Shown here one piece after another: positions 6,525 to 16,371 of a stretch of 24,895 bases of DNA. The translations under genes and the position numbers were made by a program. The notes under the pieces are model-generated. The model searched no databases. It was not told the DNA's origin and saw only the letters and a program-made list of their open reading frames with translations. The DNA comes from an uncultured Gemmatimonadota bacterium (lineage in GTDB: Bacteria > SM23-81 > DAOVCL01), in contig CAZVGK010000038.1 of the NCBI GenBank assembly GCA_964626665.1, forward strand, positions 1 through 24,895, given 5' to 3'. Every line of letters begins with the position of its first letter. The stretch's first letter is position 1.

Positions 6525-6896
6525 TCAAAGCCCTTCTTCCAAGATCTTTGTCCCCTGATGGGTATAGGGTGGGGAACAGAGACAGAGGAAGACAAGGTCT
6601 TCTTGGCCGATGTTCTCGATGTAATGCCTGGCTCGTGGGGGAATGAGGATGACGTCGTGTTGCCCCACCTCCCTTGACTCTTCCTCTAGGTGCATTCTTC
6701 CCTTCCCCTGGAGGAGATAATAGATCTCCTCGGATTGGGTGTGCAGATGGGGATAGGTTTGAGAGCCTGGGCTCACCGTGGCTTGGGCTAAGCTCAGGCT
6801 TTTTGCCGGGGAGTTGGAGAGGTCCATAAGGGGCTTGATTAGGGATCCATCCTTTGTCTGGTAGGGGGTGGCCAAATCCCTATTTCTTATCTCCAA
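6525..6896 (-). CDS. Cupin domain protein
   Basis: PHLH..SEEIYYLLQGKG and IPPRARHYIEN cupin motifs; overlaps the DUF885 stop. Confidence 0.92.
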   Translation of the reverse strand: MEIRNRDLATPYQTKDGSLIKPLMDLSNSPAKSLSLAQATVSPGSQTYPHLHTQSEEIYYLLQGKGRMHLEEESREVGQHDVILIPPRARHYIENIGQEDLVFLCLCSPPYTHQGTKILEEGL

Positions 6897-8499
6897 GAAG
6901 TCCCTCCTTTACCAGGGCCACAGGGATGGTGCCGAAGCTGAGAAGTTGATTGTGAAACTCCTTGAGTTCAAATCCCTTGCCCTTTGCTGTTTGGAACTCC
7001 TTTTTTAGGTCCATAATCTGACGTTTTCCCACCAGGTAGCTCATCGGCTGTGTAGGTGTCGCACAATACCTCTTTACCTCCCTCTCCGCATTTGTCCTCT
7101 CCAGTTTGGCCTTCTCCGTCAGGAAGCCAATTGCCTGTTCGTAGCTCCATCCGCGGGTGTGTAGGCCCACATCGATGAGCACCCTGGCGGCCCTCCACAA
7201 CTGATCCTTGAGCTGCATTAGCCTCACCCGGGGGTCGGTATAGAAGCCCTGATCATACATCAGCTCCTCGCAGTAGAGGGCCCACCCCTCGGCAAATACG
7301 CTGGTGAAGAATGTCCTCCGCACCTTGGATTGGACCCTATTGGCATGGACTAACTGGAGGTGATGGCCAGGATAGGCCTCATGGAGGGCGGTGAGGACCA
7401 TCCCAAACCTGTTGTGGCCACGGAGTTGCTTTTCTTTCTTCTCTGGAGGAAGGGACTCATCAACTGGAGTGACATAGAAAAAGCCGTTCTGTTCCTTCTC
7501 AAAAGGGGCAGGGGGCATATAGGCAGCATAGGGGATGGTGGGTCGTTCAAAGACTGGTGTGGGAATAATTTCCAGTTTCTCCCCCGGTGGGATGGTAACC
7601 AAATCCTTCTGGAGCACGAAATTGCGGGCCTCTTCCATCTTCTTCCGGTAGGCATCCATTACCTCTGCGGGTTGTGGATGGTCCTGCTTTAGCATCTCCA
7701 CTATCTCCATCCAAGTCTGCAGCGGATCTATCTGTTTGGCTAACTTTTGCATCTCCTCTGCGGTTTTGGCCAAGGCTTCCTCTCCCATCTCCCAGAGGTC
7801 CTGGGAATCGTAAGGGAGATGATGATGCACCTTGAGCATATAGTTAAAGAGATCCTCCCCGTAGGCGAACCCGCGCTTCGGAAAGCCCTTGAGGATGAAG
7901 TCCAGATAATCCTGAAAGGCGTTAAGTGCCTTTTGGCTTGCCTGTTCAAGCTCCTTGCTGAGTGAGGGGATCTTCTGTGCCAATTGGGGGACAACCGAGC
8001 CGAAGAAGATCTGGCCACTTTGACAGACCTCAGTGGCCACTTGGGCAAAGACAGGGGGGACCTTCTTGAGGTTTGCGTGGCCCTCCTTGAGAAGTTGCGG
8101 GATCTGGCGAAGCCGGGAAAGGATGGACTCGGCCCTCTGAGCAAGGGGGGCAAACTCCCGTATCGAGAGGAGGAAAATTCCTTCCAGCCCAATCATAGGA
8201 TAGATTCCTGGATCGGCCTGATAGGGGTTGAACTCTTCAAACTCGGCCGTCTGGGCGGAGAGTTGACTTATAAGGATGGAGCGATTGAGCTTCTCATCCG
8301 AAGAGAGCTTCTCCCCAGGGATGGACTCCAGCATGCTGATGAACTCCTTCTCTCGCTGATTCATCTCCTCCAGCTTCTCCTTAGAATAGTCACCCAAGAG
8401 GTGATCATACTGATGGATGCCCTGTCCAGTGGCCCCCACGGGATGGCTTTCCCATTCAAAATTTAATATCTCATCGGTCAGGTCATTAAAGTTTTCCAT
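6880..8499 (-). CDS. DUF885 family protein (putative metallopeptidase-like)
   Basis: HEAYPGHHLQ, FAEGWALYCE, WRAARVLIDVGLH and PTQPMSYLVG motifs. Start at 8499 inferred from AAGGAG upstream (ORF extends to 8523). Confidence 0.9.
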   Translation of the reverse strand: MENFNDLTDEILNFEWESHPVGATGQGIHQYDHLLGDYSKEKLEEMNQREKEFISMLESIPGEKLSSDEKLNRSILISQLSAQTAEFEEFNPYQADPGIYPMIGLEGIFLLSIREFAPLAQRAESILSRLRQIPQLLKEGHANLKKVPPVFAQVATEVCQSGQIFFGSVVPQLAQKIPSLSKELEQASQKALNAFQDYLDFILKGFPKRGFAYGEDLFNYMLKVHHHLPYDSQDLWEMGEEALAKTAEEMQKLAKQIDPLQTWMEIVEMLKQDHPQPAEVMDAYRKKMEEARNFVLQKDLVTIPPGEKLEIIPTPVFERPTIPYAAYMPPAPFEKEQNGFFYVTPVDESLPPEKKEKQLRGHNRFGMVLTALHEAYPGHHLQLVHANRVQSKVRRTFFTSVFAEGWALYCEELMYDQGFYTDPRVRLMQLKDQLWRAARVLIDVGLHTRGWSYEQAIGFLTEKAKLERTNAEREVKRYCATPTQPMSYLVGKRQIMDLKKEFQTAKGKGFELKEFHNQLLSFGTIPVALVKEGLLGDKK

Positions 8500-8523
8500 C
8501 TCTTCTCTCCTTGATTTTATCAT

Positions 8524-8724
8524 TTTGTGCCGACAGAGCCTCTGCCCTGACGGGGCAGGTTGGATTTTGTTCTGCTCCGCTCAAGCTCGCCACGGATGTT
8601 ATCCTCCACAGCACCTATAACAAAGCAAGAAAGTCACTGGGTTGTAGGAATTTTCCTCAATGCCTTTGCTCAGCCCGGACACCTTCAGTCTATCCCTTTG
8701 TGGATGATAACATCCACAAAGAGC
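8524..8724. repeat. REP-like palindromes A (8524-8553) and B (8696-8724), with inverted copies at 10373-10440
   Basis: TTTGTGCCGACAGAGCCTCTGCCCTGACGG and CTTTGTGGATGATAACATCCACAAAGAGC. Confidence 0.75.
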
Positions 8725-8793
8725 GGAGACTTTGTCCATTCGGCTTGAAAACGTCAATTGATAAATAAAAATTGCTCATTAACAATTTAGGAC

Positions 8794-9759
8794 TTACACT
8801 AGGAGTTTCCCTCCCTCCATAATTACCTTCCCATCAATCCTTAAGGTGGGCCTGAGGAGGATGCCATCCAAGTGGCTGGCTACCGAGACATTTCCCCCCA
8901 TTGAGGCATTGTCCCCCATTGCAATGTGCACCGTTCCCAGCACTTTCTCATCCTCTAAGACATTGCCGATTAGTCTGGCCTTATCATTGGTGCCTATCCC
9001 CAGCTCGGCTATGTTCCGACCTGGTCTTCCATGCGGCTCGACCAATTCCCGCAGGTAATTGGCCCATTTCCTCCCTTTGATCTCCTCCACAAAGCCCCCT
9101 CTAACGGTGAGCTCAATGGTCTCGTCCATCACCCCGGTGTCCGCGATGGCCCCATCGATGACGATCTTTCCCTCTGCCGTCCCCTCTATGGGGGCGATAT
9201 AGCCCTCTCCAGCAGGAAGGTTGCTGAAATCTCCGGGGTTAAAGACTAAGCCGGTATCGGCATGGCCATTCCTCCCCTGCAAGGACATAGTGATCTGGGT
9301 GCCAGCAGGGGTGGTCACCTCGGCCCTTTTCCCCTCGCTTAGTATCTGGGCCACCTTTCTGCTCCTCTTAGCTATCTGCTCATAGTCGGCATTAAGGGCC
9401 CGGCGCATCGTCTCCTCCCTTATCCCCGGAAGGGTGGCACACCTGGCCCCAGCCTTGGTGGCCTCCCGCCGGGCGTCGGTGTGGGAGAGGGACATCGAGG
9501 TGGGGATGATGAGGACATCGGCCTCCTTCATAAATTTGGCCAGAGAAGGTGGCGGTTCCTCCCCATGGCTTTTCCGAGGGACTATTTCAGTAAGCATCGC
9601 CTCGGCCCCCAAATCCTTAGCTGCCTCCCAGAAGAGGTAGCCGATCTTTCTTAAGGGTTCATCCGTGATCACCAGCACGGTCTCCCCCCTTCGCACCCGC
9701 AGACAGTTGTTTACTGCCGTCTGGGCGGCCTTTCTTAACTCATCCATCTTACCCTCCAT
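8794..9759 (-). CDS. Aminopeptidase, peptidase M29 (thermophilic metalloprotease/AmpS-like)
   Basis: NLPAGEGYIAP, IAELGIGTN, EDEKVLGTVHIAMG and HLDG motifs. Confidence 0.9.
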   Translation of the reverse strand: MEGKMDELRKAAQTAVNNCLRVRRGETVLVITDEPLRKIGYLFWEAAKDLGAEAMLTEIVPRKSHGEEPPPSLAKFMKEADVLIIPTSMSLSHTDARREATKAGARCATLPGIREETMRRALNADYEQIAKRSRKVAQILSEGKRAEVTTPAGTQITMSLQGRNGHADTGLVFNPGDFSNLPAGEGYIAPIEGTAEGKIVIDGAIADTGVMDETIELTVRGGFVEEIKGRKWANYLRELVEPHGRPGRNIAELGIGTNDKARLIGNVLEDEKVLGTVHIAMGDNASMGGNVSVASHLDGILLRPTLRIDGKVIMEGGKLLV

Positions 9760-9770
9760 TTTTAAATTGC

Positions 9771-10340
9771 TTAGTAGATGAAAACAACCAAACCTGCAGT
9801 AACATTAAAGCTATTGCCATCTGCTGATTTCACTCTCTCTACTTGGTAAGTTAGCTCCAGGGGCACTCCCACGGTGTGGGTCAACATATGGATATTTCCT
9901 ACACCTAAACCCACTATGCTGCCGTCCAAATCGCCGGAGTAATGGGTGTAGGTAAACGCTAAGCCGAAATATGGGTAGTTTGCCCCCTTTATGCGCGGTT
10001 TAGGTCGATTCCTACCTGGGAAGCAGATAATCTGAGGCCCAACACCATACGAGGAGTAGGAGAACGATCCCTGTGAGGTATGCGCGATGCTAAAGTGTCC
10101 GCCAAGGGCAAAGCCTTTACCCAGGAAGGAACTGTAGGAGTAATTGATCTGAAATCTAGTCAACCTGTTACCGTTCCTTTCATAGAGTTCTCCACCTGAT
10201 GTGGAGAAACTGAAGGAACCCGCCACCATCTTGCTCCCTTTGTCTATTGCTGTTCGTTCTCCACTGGAGAAGAAACCATCTGCAAAGGCAGGGCTGGAGA
10301 TGAAGGCGAGAAAAAACAGGAGCACAAAACCCTTTTTCAT
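9771..10340 (-). CDS. Outer-membrane beta-barrel protein
   Basis: Signal peptide ending PAFA; alternating aromatic beta-strands; C-terminal GLVVFIY; GGAGG SD. Confidence 0.8.
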   Translation of the reverse strand: MKKGFVLLFFLAFISSPAFADGFFSSGERTAIDKGSKMVAGSFSFSTSGGELYERNGNRLTRFQINYSYSSFLGKGFALGGHFSIAHTSQGSFSYSSYGVGPQIICFPGRNRPKPRIKGANYPYFGLAFTYTHYSGDLDGSIVGLGVGNIHMLTHTVGVPLELTYQVERVKSADGNSFNVTAGLVVFIY

Positions 10341-10372
10341 AATCCCTCCTTATCCTTAAAGGTTTGCTACCT

Positions 10373-10440
10373 GCTCTTTGTGGATGTTATTATCCACAAA
10401 GGATCTTCATCCGTCAGGGCGGGAGCCCTGACGGCACAAA
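10373..10440. repeat. REP-like palindromes B (10373-10402) and A (10411-10440)
   Basis: GCTCTTTGTGGATGTTATTATCCACAAAGG and CCGTCAGGGCGGGAGCCCTGACGGCACAAA; near reverse complements of 8696-8724 and 8524-8553. Confidence 0.75.
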
Positions 10441-10493
10441 TATCCTGTTATCCTGTCAAAAAAGCCCAGCCGTAGACGGCTAAGTTCAGCTTA

Positions 10494-12413
10494 TCAATAA
10501 TTACCCTTCCTTCTCAATGCCTTATAGGCCAGCAGGCTGATGATACCGGCGAAGAGGAACAGAGAAACGGGGCTGTTCTCTAAAACCTTTACCGGCAGCT
10601 TAATCTTCCCCACAATCAAGGCCGCGATGATGATGCCCATAATAGCCTCGCCGGCGATCAAGCCCGAACTGAAGAGTATGCCCTGATGATTGGCCTCTTT
10701 TGCTACTTCCTCCCCGCGGGAGGAGGCTATTTTCTTCACTACCAGGCTTAGGATCCCTCCGATGAGGATGGGGACGGAGAGGCTGAGGGGGAGGTAGATT
10801 CCCACAGCCACGGGCATCACATAGGCCCGAAATCCGGTTCCCTTGGCCCGCAATACCTCATCGGTGAGGATGAGGACGATCCCAATGGAGACCCCTATAC
10901 CCAACATCAGCCAGGGCAGCCCCTTTTCGGTGAAGACAGCTTTCACTATGCTGGCAAAGAGGGTGGCCTGGGGCGCCTTGAGGGAGGTGGGGGATGAGGT
11001 TCCTATCCCGTAGGCGGAGTTGAGGACTGTGAGGATGGGGGCAATGACGAAAGCCGATGCCCCTACCCCAATCAACTGGGCAATCTGCTGCTTGCGGGGG
11101 GTTGCTCCCACGAGATAACCAGTTTTCAGATCCTGGGATACATCGCCCGCGGTGCAGGCAGCACAGCAGACGATCCCTGCCACACCTAAGCTGGCCAGGA
11201 TCCCGCTCTTTCCGGTCATTCCAAAGAGGAGAAGGAGGCCGGAGGCCAGAAGCACGGTGCAGATGGTCATCCCGGAGACGGGGTTGTTTGAACTTCCCAC
11301 GAGGCCAACTATGTAGCTGGAGACGGCCACAAAGAAGAAGGCGCTTATCACCATTGTCCCTCCGGCCACCAGGCCAACCTTCAGCCCCCCAGTCAGATGC
11401 CAGTAGAGGATGAAGATAGGGATTATGGTCAAAAGGGCGACCCACAATATCTGGGATGAGGGCAGATCCTCTTCGGTGCGTAAGCTGAGCTTTTCCCTGC
11501 CCATTTCCCTTATCCCACTGAAGGCTTCCCTTAAGCCCTGGGAGATTCCCTTTCGCACCTTGATGATTGACCAGATGCCGCCAACCACCATAGTTCCCAC
11601 CCCCATATATCTGATCTGTGAGCTCCATACACCCCAGGCCCAATCCAGGGGGGAACTTTCGAAACCCATCCCCTTAAAGAGGCCAAAGAGGGGGATTCCC
11701 GCTATCCATCCTATCGCCCCGCCGATGAAGACCAAAAGGGAGATGTTAAACCCCACGATGAAGCCCACCCCTAAAAGGGCAGGGGAGATGTCGCTTCCCA
11801 AATAGAGTGCCGTTTTCCCCCACCGAATGGCCCCCTCCACCGTTCCCTGGATAATTGAAATGCCGGAGACCAAGAACTTAAAAGCTCCTCCTATACCGAG
11901 GGCAGAGAAGATATGGCCAACCCCGGAGCCTCCCTTTTCCCCAACCTCCAGGACCTCCGCACAGGCCACTCCTTCAGGGTAAACAAGCTCCTTCTCCTCC
12001 ACAATAAGGGTGCGGCGCAGGGGGATCATAAAGGCCACCCCTAAGGATCCTCCCAAGATGGCAATAAGGGTAACTAACCAGAAGTTGAACCCTTTCCACA
12101 CCCCGGTGATCACCAGGGCAGGAACGGTGAAGATTATCCCCGCGGCTAAGGACTCGCCCGCCGAGGCTATGGTCTGCACGATGTTGTTTTCCAGGATGGT
12201 TCCTCTCTTTAAAATGCCCCGCAGGATGCCCATAGAGACAACGGCAGCCGGAATACTGGCCGAGACGGTCATTCCCGCATAGAGCCCCAGGTAGGTATTG
12301 GCCGCACACATAACTACGGCGAGGAGCGCCCCCAAAAGTATGGCTTTCAGGGTTAGCTCATTGATTCTTTTCTCGGGGGGGACAAAAGGTCCTTTGGGGG
12401 AGTTTTGATTCAT
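10494..12413 (-). CDS. Oligopeptide transporter, OPT family
   Basis: ELTLKAILLG, YLGLYAGMTVSASIPAAV, YPEGVACAEV, GSSNNPVSGM and QDLKTGYLVGATP motifs; AAGGAG SD before ATG 12413. Confidence 0.95.
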   Translation of the reverse strand: MNQNSPKGPFVPPEKRINELTLKAILLGALLAVVMCAANTYLGLYAGMTVSASIPAAVVSMGILRGILKRGTILENNIVQTIASAGESLAAGIIFTVPALVITGVWKGFNFWLVTLIAILGGSLGVAFMIPLRRTLIVEEKELVYPEGVACAEVLEVGEKGGSGVGHIFSALGIGGAFKFLVSGISIIQGTVEGAIRWGKTALYLGSDISPALLGVGFIVGFNISLLVFIGGAIGWIAGIPLFGLFKGMGFESSPLDWAWGVWSSQIRYMGVGTMVVGGIWSIIKVRKGISQGLREAFSGIREMGREKLSLRTEEDLPSSQILWVALLTIIPIFILYWHLTGGLKVGLVAGGTMVISAFFFVAVSSYIVGLVGSSNNPVSGMTICTVLLASGLLLLFGMTGKSGILASLGVAGIVCCAACTAGDVSQDLKTGYLVGATPRKQQIAQLIGVGASAFVIAPILTVLNSAYGIGTSSPTSLKAPQATLFASIVKAVFTEKGLPWLMLGIGVSIGIVLILTDEVLRAKGTGFRAYVMPVAVGIYLPLSLSVPILIGGILSLVVKKIASSRGEEVAKEANHQGILFSSGLIAGEAIMGIIIAALIVGKIKLPVKVLENSPVSLFLFAGIISLLAYKALRRKGNY

Positions 12414-12667
12414 GCTATCTCCTTGAAGTAAGATATCAGTGTGCAAGATAATAACAGTTCACCACGGAACCAAAAAGTGGACCATCATACAATGGTCAAT
12501 TAACAATTAGCAATTAGCAAGCTAAAATGAAAAAAAGAGGGAAAATCCTGAGGTGTCATTTTCCATTGATAATAGTTCATTAATCATTGGTTAAGGTTAA
12601 TGTCTCATCCTAAAGGTGTCAAGTCATTTTTCCCTTGTCTTTTCCCTTCTGAGGATGTAGATTCAGG

Positions 12668-14350
12668 GTGATGAAGACGAAACTCATAATCTTGAGCCTT
12701 CTTCTGTTTGTGGGGTGTGGTTCAACCTCCCAATTGATAGTGAAGAAAGAGGTTGGGGTATCAACAGTGAGTCCTCAGGCCTACGAGCACTTCACCCAGG
12801 GTCTGATCTATCAATTACGAGGTAAGGCCGACTCTGCCCTGGTGGAATACCAGCGGGCCCTGAGGTGGGATCCCCAGTCGGTGGAATTGAGGTTCTCCTT
12901 GGCCCAGCTTTACTACCGCCAAGGGAATTTTGCCCACTCATCCCAGATCTTGCAGGAGGCGGTGCAGCTTACTCCGCAGAGGGAGGGCCTCCATAAACTC
13001 TTGGCCGATTCCTACAGGCATCAGGCCATGGACTCCCTGGCCATCAAGGAGTATAGGGAGGTTGTCAGGATTAACCCTAGAGAGAAAGGGGCTTACTATT
13101 ATCTGGCCTTTCTCTCCCAAAAAGTAGGGGATGAACCTTCGGCCATCAGGTATCTAAATAAGCTAACTAAGCTTATGCCCAGCTCCCCTGATGTCTTCAA
13201 CCAGTTGGCCGGCCTCTTAGCCAAGGAGGGAAAATATGATGAGGCGGAGAAGAAATACAAAAAGGCCCTGGATATAAAGCCCAACCTCTCCAAGGCCAGA
13301 TATGGACTGGGGATGATCTACGAGAAAAAGGGGAAGGTTGACGAGGCAACTGCTCAGTATGAGGAGGTGCTGAAGCTGAGGCCGCGGGATTTGAACCTCA
13401 GACACCATCTGATAAACCTCTATTTGCGGGGGAAAAAGTTCGATCAGGCCATCCATCATTATGAGGAAATCCTCAAATCCCACCCCGATGACCAAGTTGC
13501 TCGGAAGAAGTTAGGACTTCTCCTCTATTCCTTGAAGAGATTTGATGAGGCAGAGAAGGTGTTCAAATCATCTGGCCAGTTGGTGCACTCCCGGCCCGAC
13601 CTCTCCTTCTTCTTGGGTAGGGTTTACTTGGAGAAGAAGGAGTATGAGTCCGCCATTCGGATGTTTCGCCAATCCATCAGCTTGGACGATACCGTTCCCG
13701 ATGCCTGGATAAACTTGGGTTTGGTATACTTGAGGAAGAGCAAGCCAAGGAAAGCGGTAGAGGTCTTTAAGAAAGCAACCCAGAGGATAAAGGGTAACTC
13801 AGACCTCTTCTACTTTTTGGGCATCTCCTTAAACCAGGCAAAGCTTTATACCCAGGCCATACCCGCCTTTACCTCTTCCCTTTCCCTAAGCCCCAAAAAC
13901 GAGAGGGCCATTTTTGGCTTAGGGGTAGCCTATGAGCGGAGTGGGGAGTTTGCCTCAGCGGAGAAGACCTTTCAGGAGGTGATAGCCATCAATCCGCAGA
14001 ACAGCTCTGCCCTCAACTATTTGGGTTATATGTATGCCGACAAGGGGATAAAGCTTAAGGACTCCCTTGAATTGATAAAAAAGGCTCTCAGGATAGATCC
14101 GGGGAATGGGGCCTATCTGGACAGCTATGGTTGGCTTCTCTTCAGATTGGGGAGGTTGCCGGAGGCAGAGAAGAGGATAAAGGAAGCCTTGGAGAAGATA
14201 GGGGATGATGCCACCATCTATGATCATCTGGGCCAGATATACTATCGAGAGGGGAGATATGAAGAGGCCAAAACCCAATGGAAGAAAGCCCTCCAGTTGG
14301 ATCCCCAAAATGGGGAGATAAAGGCGCGGCTCCAGAAATTAGGGGGATAG
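12668..14350 (+). CDS. TPR-repeat lipoprotein
   Basis: Lipobox-like LFVGC; many TPRs; C-terminal ALNYLGYMYAD...YLDSYGWLLF...IYDHLG signature. Confidence 0.92.
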   Translation: MMKTKLIILSLLLFVGCGSTSQLIVKKEVGVSTVSPQAYEHFTQGLIYQLRGKADSALVEYQRALRWDPQSVELRFSLAQLYYRQGNFAHSSQILQEAVQLTPQREGLHKLLADSYRHQAMDSLAIKEYREVVRINPREKGAYYYLAFLSQKVGDEPSAIRYLNKLTKLMPSSPDVFNQLAGLLAKEGKYDEAEKKYKKALDIKPNLSKARYGLGMIYEKKGKVDEATAQYEEVLKLRPRDLNLRHHLINLYLRGKKFDQAIHHYEEILKSHPDDQVARKKLGLLLYSLKRFDEAEKVFKSSGQLVHSRPDLSFFLGRVYLEKKEYESAIRMFRQSISLDDTVPDAWINLGLVYLRKSKPRKAVEVFKKATQRIKGNSDLFYFLGISLNQAKLYTQAIPAFTSSLSLSPKNERAIFGLGVAYERSGEFASAEKTFQEVIAINPQNSSALNYLGYMYADKGIKLKDSLELIKKALRIDPGNGAYLDSYGWLLFRLGRLPEAEKRIKEALEKIGDDATIYDHLGQIYYREGRYEEAKTQWKKALQLDPQNGEIKARLQKLGG

Positions 14351-16033
14351 GTGGTTGTGGTTAGGTTTTCCTCCTTTATTCTCCTGGCTCTTCTTTTTTT
14401 TTCCTGTGCCCGGCAGGAACCGCCCAGAGGTGGGCCGGAGGATACTACCTTCCCGCAGATCCTCGATCACCTACCTCGTTCCTTAGCCACCAAGGTTTCC
14501 CTCCAAAGAAGGCTGAAGGTCTTCTTCAGCGAGCAAATGGATCGCAAGTCGGTGGAGGAGTCGATATTTATCTCCCCGCCTCTGTCCCATAAGGCTTGCT
14601 GGAAAGGTCAGCTCTTAACCCTTACTCCTGCGACTAATCTTTCTCCCAATTGCACCTATGTGGTCACCCTGGGAACTGGGTGTCGGGATCTGCACGGGAA
14701 TCCCCTTTCCCAGGCCTACACATTTGCCTTTTCCACTGGGGATTCCATCGATCAGGGCTCCATTGACGGAAGGACCTTTTTCCAAGGGGAACCCATAGAG
14801 GGAGCAAGCATCTGGGCCTATCGTTCTCTGGGTGGTGCGAATCCCCTTGCTGCTCCGCCAGATTATGTTACCCAATCTGGAATTGACGGCCACTTCCAAT
14901 TTGGCTATCTGGCCGCGGGGAACTATCTGATCTTTGCCCTCTTAGACAAGAACAGGGATGGTAAGTGGGACCCAGCCTCTGAACCCTTGGCGGTTCCGCC
15001 TAAGAGGGTGGACCTGACAACGGGGATTGGTTCTGTTAAAGGGCTTTACCTAAGCCTGGCCTTGCGAGATACCACTCCGCCGAATCTCATCTCCTTGCAA
15101 CCGATGGATAGGGGAAAACTTCGGCTGGTCTTCGATCACCCTATGGACTCCCTGCAGATCTTCAACCCCTCCCACTACTTCCTGAGCTTCGCCGGGGGGA
15201 AACTCCCCATCAAGGGGATCTATCCGGATTATGGGAAAATGGACAGGGTTTACCTTTGGACAGATAGGCAGGAGGAAGGTAAGAGATACACCTTGAGGAT
15301 GAAGGGGATAGGAGATAGGTGGGGGAATGCACTGAGCCTTTCATCCGTTGAGGTGAATTTTTCCGGCTCTTCCCTCCCCGATACGGTGCCTCCAAGCCTT
15401 CAATGGATGTCCCCACCAGATGGGGCCAAAGCTGTCCCCCTGGGGACAAGGGTTAAGCTCTTCTTCTCTGAGCCTATGGATCAACCATCGGTAGAGAAGG
15501 GTTTTGGCTTATTGGATATGGAAGGTGATACTATCTCTGGGAATTTTAACTGGCCGTTTCCCAACCTCTGTTGCTATATTCCCGAGGAGAGGCTTCCTGG
15601 ATCATCATCTCTTCAGATTATTTTAGAGGGAGATAGGGCCAAGGATCTGGCCGGAAATAGGCTGAGCGACTCCACCCTTGCCTACGGTTTTTCCACCCTG
15701 AATCCAGATACCCTCGGCTCCCTCTCCGGGAAGATAACCTTAGCGGATACAACCCAAAAAGGGATGGTTGTCCTCTCCTGTAAGTGCGTGGATAGTCAAA
15801 TAGGCTATGTAAAGCCACTGAAAGAACCAGGTCCTTATACCTTAGAGAGCCTAATTTGTGGCCGCTATATCTTAAGGGCCTGGCTGGACAGAAACTTCAA
15901 CCACCGTTTTGATCAAGGGAAGCTTTCTCCCTTTTTCCCAGCAGAGTTCTTCACGGTCTACCCGGATACGGTGCGGGTGCGGGCCAGGTGGGAAACGGAG
16001 GGGATAGATATGGAGCTGGGGGTTAAAAGGTAA
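14351..16033 (+). CDS. Ig-like (Big_5) domain lipoprotein
   Basis: LFFSCA..PP.GGP.D..P N-terminus; repeated FSE.MD..SVE..I and DL.GN.L...Y.F.FST motifs; starts immediately after the TPR gene. Confidence 0.88.
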   Translation: MVVVRFSSFILLALLFFSCARQEPPRGGPEDTTFPQILDHLPRSLATKVSLQRRLKVFFSEQMDRKSVEESIFISPPLSHKACWKGQLLTLTPATNLSPNCTYVVTLGTGCRDLHGNPLSQAYTFAFSTGDSIDQGSIDGRTFFQGEPIEGASIWAYRSLGGANPLAAPPDYVTQSGIDGHFQFGYLAAGNYLIFALLDKNRDGKWDPASEPLAVPPKRVDLTTGIGSVKGLYLSLALRDTTPPNLISLQPMDRGKLRLVFDHPMDSLQIFNPSHYFLSFAGGKLPIKGIYPDYGKMDRVYLWTDRQEEGKRYTLRMKGIGDRWGNALSLSSVEVNFSGSSLPDTVPPSLQWMSPPDGAKAVPLGTRVKLFFSEPMDQPSVEKGFGLLDMEGDTISGNFNWPFPNLCCYIPEERLPGSSSLQIILEGDRAKDLAGNRLSDSTLAYGFSTLNPDTLGSLSGKITLADTTQKGMVVLSCKCVDSQIGYVKPLKEPGPYTLESLICGRYILRAWLDRNFNHRFDQGKLSPFFPAEFFTVYPDTVRVRARWETEGIDMELGVKR

Positions 16034-16176
16034 AATTTAGCGAAGCCTCGCCTTCCCGGCCTGGGACGGGCAAACCGTCGAGCGGGGAGCCTGCCCCGTG
16101 GGTAGTTTCACACCCTACGGGGCAAGTAAGGAAATCCTAAATCCGAATGTCGAAATCCGAAACAAATCCCAATGAT

Positions 16177-16216
16177 TTCTACCGCACTTTAGTGCGGGTT
16201 CAGGGCCTTTAGGCCC
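16177..16216. repeat. 40-bp double-hairpin repeat, copy 1 (copy 2 at 17961-18000)
   Basis: TTCTACCGCACTTTAGTGCGGGTTCAGGGCCTTTAGGCCC; 38/40 identical to copy 2. Confidence 0.85.
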
Positions 16217-16371
16217 TTTTTATTGAGGGCTAAGGTCCTCTTACCCCCCGTTTCAGCGGGGGTAGAAGTGTAGGATTCGGGGATAACGAGCCACGCGCTA
16301 CGAGTGACGATAGGAGATGGGTTTTTGGTTGCGGCTTCGCTGCGTTCATCTGTGGTTTGGGTATACTTTGT

